DNA of 27,506 bases, taken from the IMG/VR virus record IMGVR_UViG_3300030095_001123, positions 1 to 27,506 of that record. One strand, 5' to 3'. The position numbers and the translations under genes were made by a program. This document shows positions 1 through 9,708 of the stretch, in pieces (positions within the stretch are counted from its first letter, which is position 1; each line of letters opens with the position of its first letter). Source of the DNA: a virus. Lineage: Duplodnaviria; Caudoviricetes. The notes beneath the pieces were generated by a model. That model was not told where the DNA came from. It was given only the letters and a program-made list of their open reading frames with translations, and did not search any database.

Positions 1-2
1 CA

Positions 3-266
3 ATGGACATTATTGTTCGTAAGAAAACATTGCTTGAAAAAGAAAAAGAAATAAAGTTTATGTTAGACTACAGGTTTGGTCTTGGCACATACGATGAAAT
101 GTTAGGGATGCGTAGACAAATACGTAAGGAACGTGAAGAGACTGTATATAAAGCCATGGAAGCTAAACGACAAATACAGAATAACTTAGCCATAGCCACT
201 CTATCGTTCCTAATTCTTGGTACATTAGGTGGGGGCATTTATTTAGTAATACTAGGAGTTAGTTAA
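3..266 (+). CDS. hypothetical membrane protein, probably 5'-truncated by the window edge
   Basis: Charged helical region followed by a C-terminal hydrophobic helix (LAIATLSFLILGTLGGGIYLVILGVS). Stop overlaps the next ATG (TAATG). Confidence 0.75.
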   Translation: MDIIVRKKTLLEKEKEIKFMLDYRFGLGTYDEMLGMRRQIRKEREETVYKAMEAKRQIQNNLAIATLSFLILGTLGGGIYLVILGVS

Positions 267-529
267 TGAGTAATTTTATAGTTATGCCACTTGTGTTGGC
301 AGGATTGTTAAGTAACCCTGAGTTTGTAATATGTCAATTAGCAAAAAGAACAGAAGTAAGAGAAGAAAAAGTTTGCATTTACCGTGGCCCTAATGGTACA
401 ATAGGGTATCATTACCCAAGTTTTAGTTTTAAAGAATGCCCAAAGCAATTTATGTGCAGGTACACACCTAATGCAAAGAAGAAAGTATCAGTTCAAGATA
501 TACTTGACGGATTAAAAGAAGGCTTTTAA
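266..529 (+). CDS. small Cys-containing hypothetical phage protein with hydrophobic N-terminus
   Basis: AGGAG RBS upstream, TAATG coupling at both ends, four Cys and a signal-like N-terminus. Confidence 0.75.
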   Translation: MSNFIVMPLVLAGLLSNPEFVICQLAKRTEVREEKVCIYRGPNGTIGYHYPSFSFKECPKQFMCRYTPNAKKKVSVQDILDGLKEGF

Positions 530-948
530 TGAACCTAGACTACAATAAAGCAGTAGCAGATGGATTAAGTTTATTTATAAAAAGCCCTTCACACTATAAG
601 TACAATACTTTTGATATACATACCTATTTAATACTACCTATTATTAATAATAGAATAAGAATATTTTATCAAGAAGACCTACCAATAGGATTAATAACTT
701 GGTGTTGGTTTACAGAAAATAAAACACAAAAATTTTTACAGTATAAATATGATCCTCAACAAGAAGACTATGAAGATACAAACATAAAAGACAAACAACT
801 TTGGGGTTTAGACTTTATATCTAATACAGGAAAAGCAAAACAAATGATGTCCTCAGTTAGAAAAGAACATTTAAAATTATACGGTAAGTCCAAAGTACAT
901 TGGCGTAGGTTTTCTAATCCTACTAAGACACATAAGAAAGAGTTTTAA
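529..948 (+). CDS. HlyC/RTX toxin-activating lysine acyltransferase family protein
   Basis: Motifs collinear with HlyC: S19-P-S-H22 (HlyC SPLH), ILPII, PIGLITWCW (PVAYCSWA), EDY (EDW), LWGLDFISNTG (KWFIDWIAPFG), and late WRR. Length 139 aa. Confidence 0.8.
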   Translation: MNLDYNKAVADGLSLFIKSPSHYKYNTFDIHTYLILPIINNRIRIFYQEDLPIGLITWCWFTENKTQKFLQYKYDPQQEDYEDTNIKDKQLWGLDFISNTGKAKQMMSSVRKEHLKLYGKSKVHWRRFSNPTKTHKKEF

Positions 949-950
949 CT

Positions 951-3803
951 ATGATCTATAATCCATTTATGCCTAGTATTCGTTTTGTAGACCATGCTGT
1001 TTTTGGCGGCGGTGGTGGTGGCGCACCTGCCCCGGCACCTGTCCCTGTGCTTCCTCCTGCTCCTGTAAGTCAAAACTTAACCTCTACTTTTCCAGAGTTA
1101 ATAGGAGAATTTTTTTTCGATCTGCAAGCACTGAATAACAGAGAACAAGAAATCATTGCACAAAGAGAAGCAGCAGCTTTAGCAGCTAAACAAAAAACTG
1201 AAGCAGAGACTGCAGCCACTACTGCTAAAGAATATGCTTCAGGTATTTCTTCAGACGTGAATACTGCAGCTATCAATGCTCAAGCAGAATCAAACAGGCT
1301 TAATCTTGAGGTATCTTCTTTAAGATCTCAGATAGCAAATGGGCCAAAAGAAGGTGAAGAAGGTCATAACCCTGAGCTTCAAAATACTCTTAGTGCAAAA
1401 GAAAAAGAGTTAGAAGCAGCAGTACGTAAAGCTACAGATATTGGACAAATACAGGCAGGAGAACTTAGAGCTGGTCAACGTGATATACTTGTTAAGTCTG
1501 CTACTGATCCTACCTCACTTATTTCAAAACCTGTAGTAGATACTATTGATCCTAATGCTACAGGTACAAGTGTGTCTACAACTGCTGGTCAAGTTACTGG
1601 TACAACACCTCAAGCTGGTAAGCCACAGATCCCTCGCCCTGATTTGCCAATAATTATGGGTCGGTCACCAAGTGGCAGACCTGAAGATATTCGTGGTTTT
1701 TATTCAGATCTACAACCGTCACCTGCTCTACGTGATGATGCACAGGTAACAGGACAACAACAAATCGCATCAGGGTTTCTTCCCGCCTTTCCACCCCCAA
1801 CAAAACCAACACCATTGGGTGTAGGTCAAACTACAGCAGCCCCTAGCCCTGTTGATATAGCTGCATCTACTATGGATGCTGACCAACGTTCTGCTCAAGT
1901 TCAAAGTATTACACAAGGTCTTACCGGGGAGCAAGGCACTGTATCAACTCAGGTAGACGCTGCTACTGGGACATTATCTGAAGGTGCGATACCAAATGCT
2001 GCCACTATGGACCCTAATTATATTAAGGAAGTTACATCAGGTACTCGTAATGTTTCTAGTGATGAGATTGCAAAAGCTCAAGGTTTGTCTGAAGAGGCAG
2101 TTAAGACACAGATAGCTCAGGCTAATACTCCTGACAATATTATTGCTGCTCAAACTACGGTTCAACCTAATGAAATACCTCAAGCAGCTGAGATAGCTGA
2201 GTCAGATATGGCACAAGCTGTTGCTATTACATCCGATGGATTAGCAGAAGATGCAGTAGCTGTTGCTACTAAAATGAAATCTTTTAGTGTAGATGCTGGA
2301 ACTTTAGCAGAGTTTAAAGAAGGTAAGATTGAAGCAAGAGATACTGTACAAGGACAACTTGCTCTACTAATGAAGCAGTTTGATGATGGGACTCCTGCAT
2401 GGGCTGCAGGTGCTATGAGGGCTGCTAATGCTACTATGGCATCCAGAGGATTAGGTGCTTCATCTATGGCATCTGCTGCTATTATACAAGCATCAATGGA
2501 AGCTGCATTACCTATTGCCTCTGCAGATGCTAATGCATTTCGTGAGATGAAACTTAATAATCTTAATCGTCAGCAACAAATAGCTTTAACTAATGCTGCT
2601 GCTCAACAAGGTGTAGAGTTACAAAACTTTAGTGCAGAGCAAGCTGCTATGTTGCAAAATTCACAGAATGCTTTCTCTGTGCAAACACAAAACTTAAGCA
2701 ACATGCAATCTGCTGTACTAGCTAATGCTCAAATTAAAGCTGCTCTACAAGGACAGAATCTTTCTAATCAACAACAAGCTAATTTAGTTGAAGCTGCAAG
2801 ATATGCTGAAGTTAATAATCTTAATCTTAACAACGTTCAGCAAAGTTTGCTGCAAGATAGTGCAAACAATCTACAAGTAAGTCTTGCAAATCTTAGCTCT
2901 AAACAACAAGCTTACGTTGCTAATGCACAACTTGAAGCTGCCTTACAAGGAAAACAAATTGATAACCAACAACAAGTTGCTATTTTAAATGCAGCTAAGT
3001 TTTCTGAAGCAAACAACCTGACCTTTACTGCAAGACAACAAGCAGAAATAAATAACTCTGAGCTAATGAAAACAATAGGTCTTGCTGAATTAAGTAGTAA
3101 GCAAGCAGCTACACTACAAGGTGCTGCAGCTATTGCTTCTATGGATATGGTTAATCTTTCTAACCAACAACAAGCTGCTGTAGAAAATGCTAAAAACTTT
3201 TTACAAATGGATATGGCTAACTTAAGTAACGCTCAACAAACTACTATGTTTAATGCTCAGTCTAATATACAAGCACTATTTACAGATCAAGCTGCTGAAA
3301 ATGCTGCACGTCAGTTTAATGCTTCTAGTGAAAACCAAACAAAACAATTTATGTCTAACCTTCATGCTCAGGTAAATCAGTTCAATGCAGAGCAAAAGAA
3401 TGCTATGTCTCAGTTTAATGCTGGTGAAGAAAATGCATTAGATAAATTTAATACTAGTATGAAAGAACAACGTAATCAATTTAACGCACAGAATGCTCTT
3501 GCTGTAGCTCAATCTAATGCACAGTGGAGACAAAATGTTGCTACTCTTAATACTGCTGCACAGAATGAAGCAAACATGTTGGCGGCTGCAGTCTCTAATC
3601 AGTTTACCCAAGCTAATATGGATCAGCTATGGCAAAGAGAACGTGACCTTATGGACTATGCTTTTAAAGCTTCAGAGTCAGACAAAAGCAGACACTTAGA
3701 GTTACTTATAGCCGATAAGCAAGCGGCTGCAGATGCATTAAAAACAGAAAATGCAAATAAAAATTCAAGAAATCAACTCTTAGCATACGCATTGTTTATG
3801 TAA
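951..3803 (+). CDS. internal virion (DNA ejection/pilot-like) protein with hendecad coiled-coil repeats
   Basis: 950 aa, A/Q/N-rich. Gly6 and Pro-rich N-terminus, RGLGASSMA small-residue segment, NLSNQQQ repeats about every 22 aa and FNA about every 11 aa. Located in the virion module. Confidence 0.75.
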   Translation: MIYNPFMPSIRFVDHAVFGGGGGGAPAPAPVPVLPPAPVSQNLTSTFPELIGEFFFDLQALNNREQEIIAQREAAALAAKQKTEAETAATTAKEYASGISSDVNTAAINAQAESNRLNLEVSSLRSQIANGPKEGEEGHNPELQNTLSAKEKELEAAVRKATDIGQIQAGELRAGQRDILVKSATDPTSLISKPVVDTIDPNATGTSVSTTAGQVTGTTPQAGKPQIPRPDLPIIMGRSPSGRPEDIRGFYSDLQPSPALRDDAQVTGQQQIASGFLPAFPPPTKPTPLGVGQTTAAPSPVDIAASTMDADQRSAQVQSITQGLTGEQGTVSTQVDAATGTLSEGAIPNAATMDPNYIKEVTSGTRNVSSDEIAKAQGLSEEAVKTQIAQANTPDNIIAAQTTVQPNEIPQAAEIAESDMAQAVAITSDGLAEDAVAVATKMKSFSVDAGTLAEFKEGKIEARDTVQGQLALLMKQFDDGTPAWAAGAMRAANATMASRGLGASSMASAAIIQASMEAALPIASADANAFREMKLNNLNRQQQIALTNAAAQQGVELQNFSAEQAAMLQNSQNAFSVQTQNLSNMQSAVLANAQIKAALQGQNLSNQQQANLVEAARYAEVNNLNLNNVQQSLLQDSANNLQVSLANLSSKQQAYVANAQLEAALQGKQIDNQQQVAILNAAKFSEANNLTFTARQQAEINNSELMKTIGLAELSSKQAATLQGAAAIASMDMVNLSNQQQAAVENAKNFLQMDMANLSNAQQTTMFNAQSNIQALFTDQAAENAARQFNASSENQTKQFMSNLHAQVNQFNAEQKNAMSQFNAGEENALDKFNTSMKEQRNQFNAQNALAVAQSNAQWRQNVATLNTAAQNEANMLAAAVSNQFTQANMDQLWQRERDLMDYAFKASESDKSRHLELLIADKQAAADALKTENANKNSRNQLLAYALFM

Positions 3804-3818
3804 TAGTAGGATTAACAA

Positions 3819-4589
3819 ATGACATATACAAAAATAACAAAACAAATAAAACCTATGAGAGGTCAAGTATCTACACTAAGTAGCTTATCGGCATCAGAAG
3901 AGGGTGAACAACGTGGTGTAACTAGCCGTAAATTAGTTCGTAGACCTTCAATATCTACAGAAAACTATGAACCGAAAGAAGATTTCTTTACCAAATTTAT
4001 AAAAGCTCAGGATGAACGTTTCTCTAAAATGAAAGAGTATAAGTTAGCTAGTGCAACAGATGAAGATATGTTGTTTGGAAAACCACCATCATTAGATGAT
4101 CTTAGTAATGGTGAAGGTTTAGGAGATGAGGCTATGTACAAACTTGATTACATGGCTAATGATATGATGGACACATTTATGAAAAGACTTAACATAAGTA
4201 GGGAACAAGCTGCAGCTTTAGTTGGTAATGCACACCATGAGACAATGGGTTTTAAGTCTTTACAAGAAATAAAACCTAAGTCAGGAAAAGGTGGATATAA
4301 TTATTTTCAATTTACTGGTTCCAGAAGAGAAGAATTTTTTAATTTTGCAAAAAATAAAAGTTTAGACCCTGATGATCTTAATACCGGAATTGAATTTTCA
4401 ATTTTTGAATTAACAAAAGGTTCAGAAAAAAATAAATTAAAGTTATTAAAAAATGCTAAGACAGTAGAAGAAGCATCTGACATTGTAGCTAAAAAATATT
4501 TAAGACCTGCAGCATCAACTGCTAAGTATAAAGTAAGAGAAAATTTATCCAGAGGGTATTTAAATAACTATATGGAAGGTATTAATTAA
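3819..4589 (+). CDS. virion-associated peptidoglycan hydrolase (phage tail lysozyme, Phage_lysozyme2-like domain)
   Basis: C-terminal half has AAALVGNAHHET, GGYNYFQFTGSRR, EFSIFEL and LKNAKTVEEASDIVAKKYLRPA, matching the tail-lysozyme pattern. Confidence 0.8.
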   Translation: MTYTKITKQIKPMRGQVSTLSSLSASEEGEQRGVTSRKLVRRPSISTENYEPKEDFFTKFIKAQDERFSKMKEYKLASATDEDMLFGKPPSLDDLSNGEGLGDEAMYKLDYMANDMMDTFMKRLNISREQAAALVGNAHHETMGFKSLQEIKPKSGKGGYNYFQFTGSRREEFFNFAKNKSLDPDDLNTGIEFSIFELTKGSEKNKLKLLKNAKTVEEASDIVAKKYLRPAASTAKYKVRENLSRGYLNNYMEGIN

Positions 4590-4591
4590 AA

Positions 4592-5119
4592 ATGTTTGAT
4601 GCACCAATTCCGGGTCAATCCCTTACTAATGAACCTAAGAATTACGCTTGGGAAAATCCTTCAAAGTTTGTAGAGCCAGAAGAAGCATTGATCTGGCACA
4701 TGGAAAGACTAGAGGAACCACAAAGAATAAAATCTATCTTTCATTTTTTAGAAATGGGTGTAGATGTTGTTACTCTCGTTGAAGGCATTACTCGTAATGC
4801 TGTAGCAGGAGGCTATCATACTGTGGATGTAAGTTTAATTATCTCCCCAGTTATACATGAGTATATTGTAGGTATTGCTGAAGTTGCTGACATAGAGTTT
4901 AATGAGGGTTTAGATGAGGAACAAGTTGACGATGAAGAGTTAGCTTATGACATAAGAGAAAAAGAAGCACGTAAAATTCTAAGCCAACTAAAGAAAAACA
5001 AAGAGCCTGACTTAGATGTTCTTGAAGAATCTTTGCCTAAACAACCTACTGCGACACAAGAGGATATCCCTGAAGAAAAACCACAAGGTCTAATGGCAAG
5101 ACCACAAGGAGTTAATTAA
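4592..5119 (+). CDS. conserved marine podovirus protein, putative virion component
   Basis: MFDAPIPGQSLT..PKNYAWENP N-terminus, as recalled from HMO-2011-type phages. Acidic; lies between internal virion genes. Confidence 0.65.
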   Translation: MFDAPIPGQSLTNEPKNYAWENPSKFVEPEEALIWHMERLEEPQRIKSIFHFLEMGVDVVTLVEGITRNAVAGGYHTVDVSLIISPVIHEYIVGIAEVADIEFNEGLDEEQVDDEELAYDIREKEARKILSQLKKNKEPDLDVLEESLPKQPTATQEDIPEEKPQGLMARPQGVN

Positions 5120-5120
5120 T

Positions 5121-6164
5121 ATGGCATTCTATTATGGTGGAATTTTAGAAGGTATTATGGCCGCTGAAGCAAAAAAAGCTGCTGATGAAGACCGTAGAAT
5201 AAATCAAGAACGTTATGATGCAAGTCAAAAAAGAGAAGACGAACGTTGGGCTTTGACTCTAAAGGAGCATGAGAATAGAATTAAATCAGGTGCTGAAAAG
5301 AATTTTTTAACTTATTTAAAATCTTATAAACCTTCAAGTAGTAATAAAAGTAGTGTTGCAAGTGATGTTGAGCTTACAAATGCATTAGAAACAATACAAG
5401 GAATGTTACCTAAAAATAGTCCTGTAACTGCTAAACTTGTTAATGCTCCATTTAAAGATTTACAAGAAGCTATAGGGATTATAAAAGCAGCTAAAGCTAA
5501 TGCACAAGAGAGTGGACAAGCTTGGTCTCCAGAACTTTCAGAAAGTCTTTTTGAAGATGTGTATGTAACTACAGTTGAAAATAAATTAACATTTGACCCT
5601 AAAGTTCTAGCAGAACAAGCAGGTATAGATTATGAGGGTAATGCTAGTTTTGGTGTTCCTTGGAAAGAAATAATTAGACAGTATATACCTGATACTACAT
5701 CTACTGCTGTTCAAATAATACCTAGAACACCAGTGAAGCCCCTTGATCTTACTCAACAAAGACAACTTCAGAGTGCGTATAGAGAAAGTTTAGAGGGTCC
5801 ACTAGCTGACATGAAAGCAGACTTTAATACTAAAATAGCTAATGGAGAAAATGTTGATCAATCTTTAGTTGTAAAAGTAGATAAAGCCCTTGCTGATCTT
5901 AAAGGAGACAACCCATCTACAAGGCTTGCAGTGCAGTTAATTGGACCTCAAGTTGCTATAGATTTACTTACTATGAACCCTAATGCTCAACAATATCGTA
6001 CTTATATTAATAAAGGTTTAGTGTTCTCAGAAGATGAAGTAGGAGAAGAGTTACTTGCTCAGGCAATAAGAGTTGGATTGCTTGTAGAGGGTGATAAAAT
6101 TATGTTAGGCACACGTCTAGTGCCTATAACTGCTGCAACTATAGCAGCGGCACAGGAGAATTAA
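5121..6164 (+). CDS. putative internal virion protein
   Basis: 347 aa helical protein with a Gly-containing N-terminus followed by a charged coil. AGGAG RBS; located before the largest virion gene. Confidence 0.6.
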   Translation: MAFYYGGILEGIMAAEAKKAADEDRRINQERYDASQKREDERWALTLKEHENRIKSGAEKNFLTYLKSYKPSSSNKSSVASDVELTNALETIQGMLPKNSPVTAKLVNAPFKDLQEAIGIIKAAKANAQESGQAWSPELSESLFEDVYVTTVENKLTFDPKVLAEQAGIDYEGNASFGVPWKEIIRQYIPDTTSTAVQIIPRTPVKPLDLTQQRQLQSAYRESLEGPLADMKADFNTKIANGENVDQSLVVKVDKALADLKGDNPSTRLAVQLIGPQVAIDLLTMNPNAQQYRTYINKGLVFSEDEVGEELLAQAIRVGLLVEGDKIMLGTRLVPITAATIAAAQEN

Positions 6165-6165
6165 C

Positions 6166-9100
6166 TTGAGTAACAATTTATTTAATACTCTTGGTCAAGA
6201 AATACCTCAACCACCAATAAAAAGTAGACCAAGTTTATTTGATACTCTTGGTCCTGCAACTTCTCAAACTGAAGAGGAGGAGGATTTCCCAAGTATTTTT
6301 GATACACTGGGAGAAGGAAGAGAAGTAGAACAAGCAGAGCAAGAAGACGGCTTTGGTTATACTACTATTATGAATGAGTTAGGTAAATTTAAAGGTGACA
6401 TTACAGAAGAACAAATGATATCTAATCCTGTTATCATGAAGGGTCTTAGAGAGATTATGAAGTCTCGTTACAGTGAAGACACACGTAATAGTTACACTAT
6501 GGATGAAAAGTATGACAATACTGCAGATGATTTAACTGTACTAGATGAGTGGCAAAACTGGAATAGATCATTAAGTGGTGGTCAAACTGTTACAACAGCT
6601 AATGATCTTGCGTGGTTTGTGGGTGCTGATGACAAACAAAAAGAATTATTAGGTGCTAACTTTGAAATATTTGAACGTATGCCTAACATTTTTACAGGGG
6701 ATGTTGGGTGGGATGAAACACGTGATGGTGTTTACGATTATTTAAAAGCTGGTATTTGGGATCCAACTACACCATTAAGTTTATATGTGGGAAGAATCTT
6801 TACTGCATCTGGGGCTAAAGCTGGTGGCTTTGCAATGAAACAAGTTGCCAAAGATTATGCAAAAGAAGCTGCAAAACGTGGATTAAGTCAGCAACTAATT
6901 AAACAAGGACAAAGAAAAATAATTCGAGGTGGTTTTAAAAAAGCTGGTGCTTTTAAAGCTGCCTCTGTTCCTGCTATGATGATCACTGATGCTGCCATTG
7001 CTGTAGCTGCTGACCGTGGTTATCAAAAACTTCGTGTAGGTTCTGGTTTTCAAGATGATTATAGTCTACCTCAATCTGTTGGTGCTGCACTTAGTGTTAT
7101 GATTATGCCAGCTCTGTATGCTAGTTCTAGGGGTGTTGTAAGTTTTACTAAAAGTAAATTAGCTGAGAATACAGCTTTTGAAAAATACGCAAACATTTTT
7201 AAATTACATGGTGGCAAAGGACCAAAAGCTATTGAGAAAGCTGTAATAGACGAAGTTGATCTATCAAAAGTTAATGCAAATCTTCGTTCTGTTTTTAAAA
7301 GATTTAAAGAAAATATAGGTGAGTTTACTCCTTACATGAAAGCAAGGGATGAAGCTGCCTCTCTAGTAACTAAAAAACAAATAGCGGGTAGTCCTACTTT
7401 ATTAGAAGATTTTTTTGAAGTCAGTTTAATGTTAAACATGGAGGGCGGATTTGTAAAGTCTATGCAAGAAGCTGGGTTTGTATATGTTCCAAGAGAAAAA
7501 GATGATAACATTTCTAAATTTTTAGGCGATGCATTAAAGTATTTAGACGATGATTTAGTTAAAGAATATAAAGATTCTTTTTTATCTCAGTTTGGTAAAT
7601 TGCCAGAAGCAATAAATAAAATAAAAACAGCAGAAGATTTATCAGCTTGGTATGTAAACAGGGGTAGGTTTGCAGGTAAAACTCTTTGGGATCGTAAAGA
7701 AGCTGCACGTATTCTTTCTAAAGAACCTGCTGATTTAACTGTAGAAGATATGTTGGGGACAGCTCTTAATGTAAGAGATAAAGACAAACCAGTTGCAAGT
7801 GCTGCTGATAGAATTAAATACATGCAATCTGTATGGAAACGTCTTGTAACTACTCACCCATCCACAGTAGGACTTAATGTAAAAGGTTGGGCATATACAG
7901 CAGGTATGAATACAGCATCTGATATTGTTCTTTCTGGTTTGCTTTTAGGTACTGGAAAATTTCAAAAAGCTAAAGGAACTTTATTAGGTGCTGCAAGACG
8001 TGGCGTAAATATAATGACACCTCAAGCAACCATAGAGTCTGCAGAAAATTTCTTTAAGTTTAGACCTGATGTAGCAGAAAAATTATTTGCTGAAAGGGCT
8101 GGGGGTGTAGACTCAGCTAAGATTCTTGAACGACTAAACTTAGACCCTAATTCTAAAATAAACCAGTTAAGTGAAAAAAGTTTAGGCGCTTTACAAGCAG
8201 TGGTAGGCGTTAAGATGCAAGACGAAGTAACAAAAATGTTGTCTTTTTATAGTGCATTTGATCAAAATATTATGTCCCATTATGGCATGACCCACAACCA
8301 ATTTATGAAACAAGAGGGTGCATTTTCAAAACTATTTTCTAAAGAGTTTTTAGAAAATGTACAAGAACCTGCAATTGAACGTGCTAATAGAGAAACTTAT
8401 TCTACTTCTTTTGCCCATAAAAAGGGGAGTAGTCCTTTTCTTTATATGGCAAAACAAATTGAGGCACTTTCTAACTCTGCAGGGGGTGGCATACTAATTC
8501 CTTTTGGAAGATTTTTTAACGCAGCAACAGCTACACTAGGAGACTACACAGGATTTAATGCTTTAAGACATCTTACTTTTAGAACGAGTCAGATTAAAAA
8601 TCCTTTTGATGAGGAGGGATTAAACCATCTTGCTAAAGGTATAGTTGGTTGGGGTTTTATATATGGATCACTTCCAGACGGAACTTCTAATAAAGACCGT
8701 GCTATGGAAAAGGTGCGGAAGGGTATACCTTGGAATAAAAATGAACGTGCTGACGGTTCTTTAACAGATGAAACCTATGAGTTTCCCGGTGGATATGTAG
8801 AAATACTAAGTCAAGCAGCAGCTCATGCTGAGATTGATGGTACAATACCTAAAGCTTTAAGAGAAGAGATGGCAAAAATTTTAATAACCCAATCGTTTAG
8901 AGATAGTGGTGCAGCTTATGATACATTTAAAGATTTGTTTATTACATATTCAGAATTAGACACAGATAAATCAATTAAAAAAAGTTTAGAAGTGTTAGCT
9001 TCTGGCTTCTCACGCATTGCTTCAGGTGCAACTAGACCTCTTGAGCCTTTAAATGTAGCAACAATGTTTGCAGAAGAAGATTTTTCTCAACCAGATAGAA

Positions 9101-9708
9101 GGCAAGATAATAAAGTATTTAATGATTCTATTCGTTATATAGATAAACTTTTTGAAATAAATACAGACTTACCTAAGCGTGAACAAGCCACCAGAGGTAG
9201 TGGAAATGAGTTTTTTGACGTAGGTAGAACTGTAGGTGGTGTTAGATCATCAGCACCATTAACACCTTCTGAGAGGTTACTAGGTTCTGTAGGCGCACAA
9301 GCTTGGCAAGCTGTTAGATGGGGCGGAACGGCTGAATATAAAAATAGACTTGATGGTTTAGTGAGTGATATTCTTAATTATGAAGCCTCTCTTTATATAG
9401 AGGATGGTATTTTAGATAAGAGTCTTCTTGAAAGAGAAGAGGCTGTTAAACGTGTTAATAAACGTTCTAAGAATAGAGCTAAAGAAGTTTTAACTTCTAG
9501 TTTGGATTATGATGATCAAATTTTAATTTTACAATCTAAAATAGGACTAAAAAATAAAGCCTATATAAATGAGGCTTTAAAAATAGCTGGTTATGAGAAA
9601 GGTCTAGACGAAATAAAAGACGAAGAGGGGGGTAAAGAGAAACTAGAATATATCCTTTATTTAATAGAGAACAGAGATTCTATCTTGTTTAAAAATTTAA
9701 GAGACTAA
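6166..9708 (+). CDS. large internal virion protein (positional analogue of T7 gp16)
   Basis: 1180 aa helical protein with TTG start after AGGAG. Central Ala/Gly-rich hydrophobic segments and an N-terminal (L/I)F(N/D)TLG repeat x3. Last gene of the late arm. Confidence 0.65.
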   Translation: MSNNLFNTLGQEIPQPPIKSRPSLFDTLGPATSQTEEEEDFPSIFDTLGEGREVEQAEQEDGFGYTTIMNELGKFKGDITEEQMISNPVIMKGLREIMKSRYSEDTRNSYTMDEKYDNTADDLTVLDEWQNWNRSLSGGQTVTTANDLAWFVGADDKQKELLGANFEIFERMPNIFTGDVGWDETRDGVYDYLKAGIWDPTTPLSLYVGRIFTASGAKAGGFAMKQVAKDYAKEAAKRGLSQQLIKQGQRKIIRGGFKKAGAFKAASVPAMMITDAAIAVAADRGYQKLRVGSGFQDDYSLPQSVGAALSVMIMPALYASSRGVVSFTKSKLAENTAFEKYANIFKLHGGKGPKAIEKAVIDEVDLSKVNANLRSVFKRFKENIGEFTPYMKARDEAASLVTKKQIAGSPTLLEDFFEVSLMLNMEGGFVKSMQEAGFVYVPREKDDNISKFLGDALKYLDDDLVKEYKDSFLSQFGKLPEAINKIKTAEDLSAWYVNRGRFAGKTLWDRKEAARILSKEPADLTVEDMLGTALNVRDKDKPVASAADRIKYMQSVWKRLVTTHPSTVGLNVKGWAYTAGMNTASDIVLSGLLLGTGKFQKAKGTLLGAARRGVNIMTPQATIESAENFFKFRPDVAEKLFAERAGGVDSAKILERLNLDPNSKINQLSEKSLGALQAVVGVKMQDEVTKMLSFYSAFDQNIMSHYGMTHNQFMKQEGAFSKLFSKEFLENVQEPAIERANRETYSTSFAHKKGSSPFLYMAKQIEALSNSAGGGILIPFGRFFNAATATLGDYTGFNALRHLTFRTSQIKNPFDEEGLNHLAKGIVGWGFIYGSLPDGTSNKDRAMEKVRKGIPWNKNERADGSLTDETYEFPGGYVEILSQAAAHAEIDGTIPKALREEMAKILITQSFRDSGAAYDTFKDLFITYSELDTDKSIKKSLEVLASGFSRIASGATRPLEPLNVATMFAEEDFSQPDRRQDNKVFNDSIRYIDKLFEINTDLPKREQATRGSGNEFFDVGRTVGGVRSSAPLTPSERLLGSVGAQAWQAVRWGGTAEYKNRLDGLVSDILNYEASLYIEDGILDKSLLEREEAVKRVNKRSKNRAKEVLTSSLDYDDQILILQSKIGLKNKAYINEALKIAGYEKGLDEIKDEEGGKEKLEYILYLIENRDSILFKNLRD

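Noticed and set aside
951-3803. RTX toxin as partner of the HlyC-like gene
   Set aside because: There are no GGxGxDxUx nonapeptide repeats or type I secretion genes; the repeats are helical and Q/N-rich.
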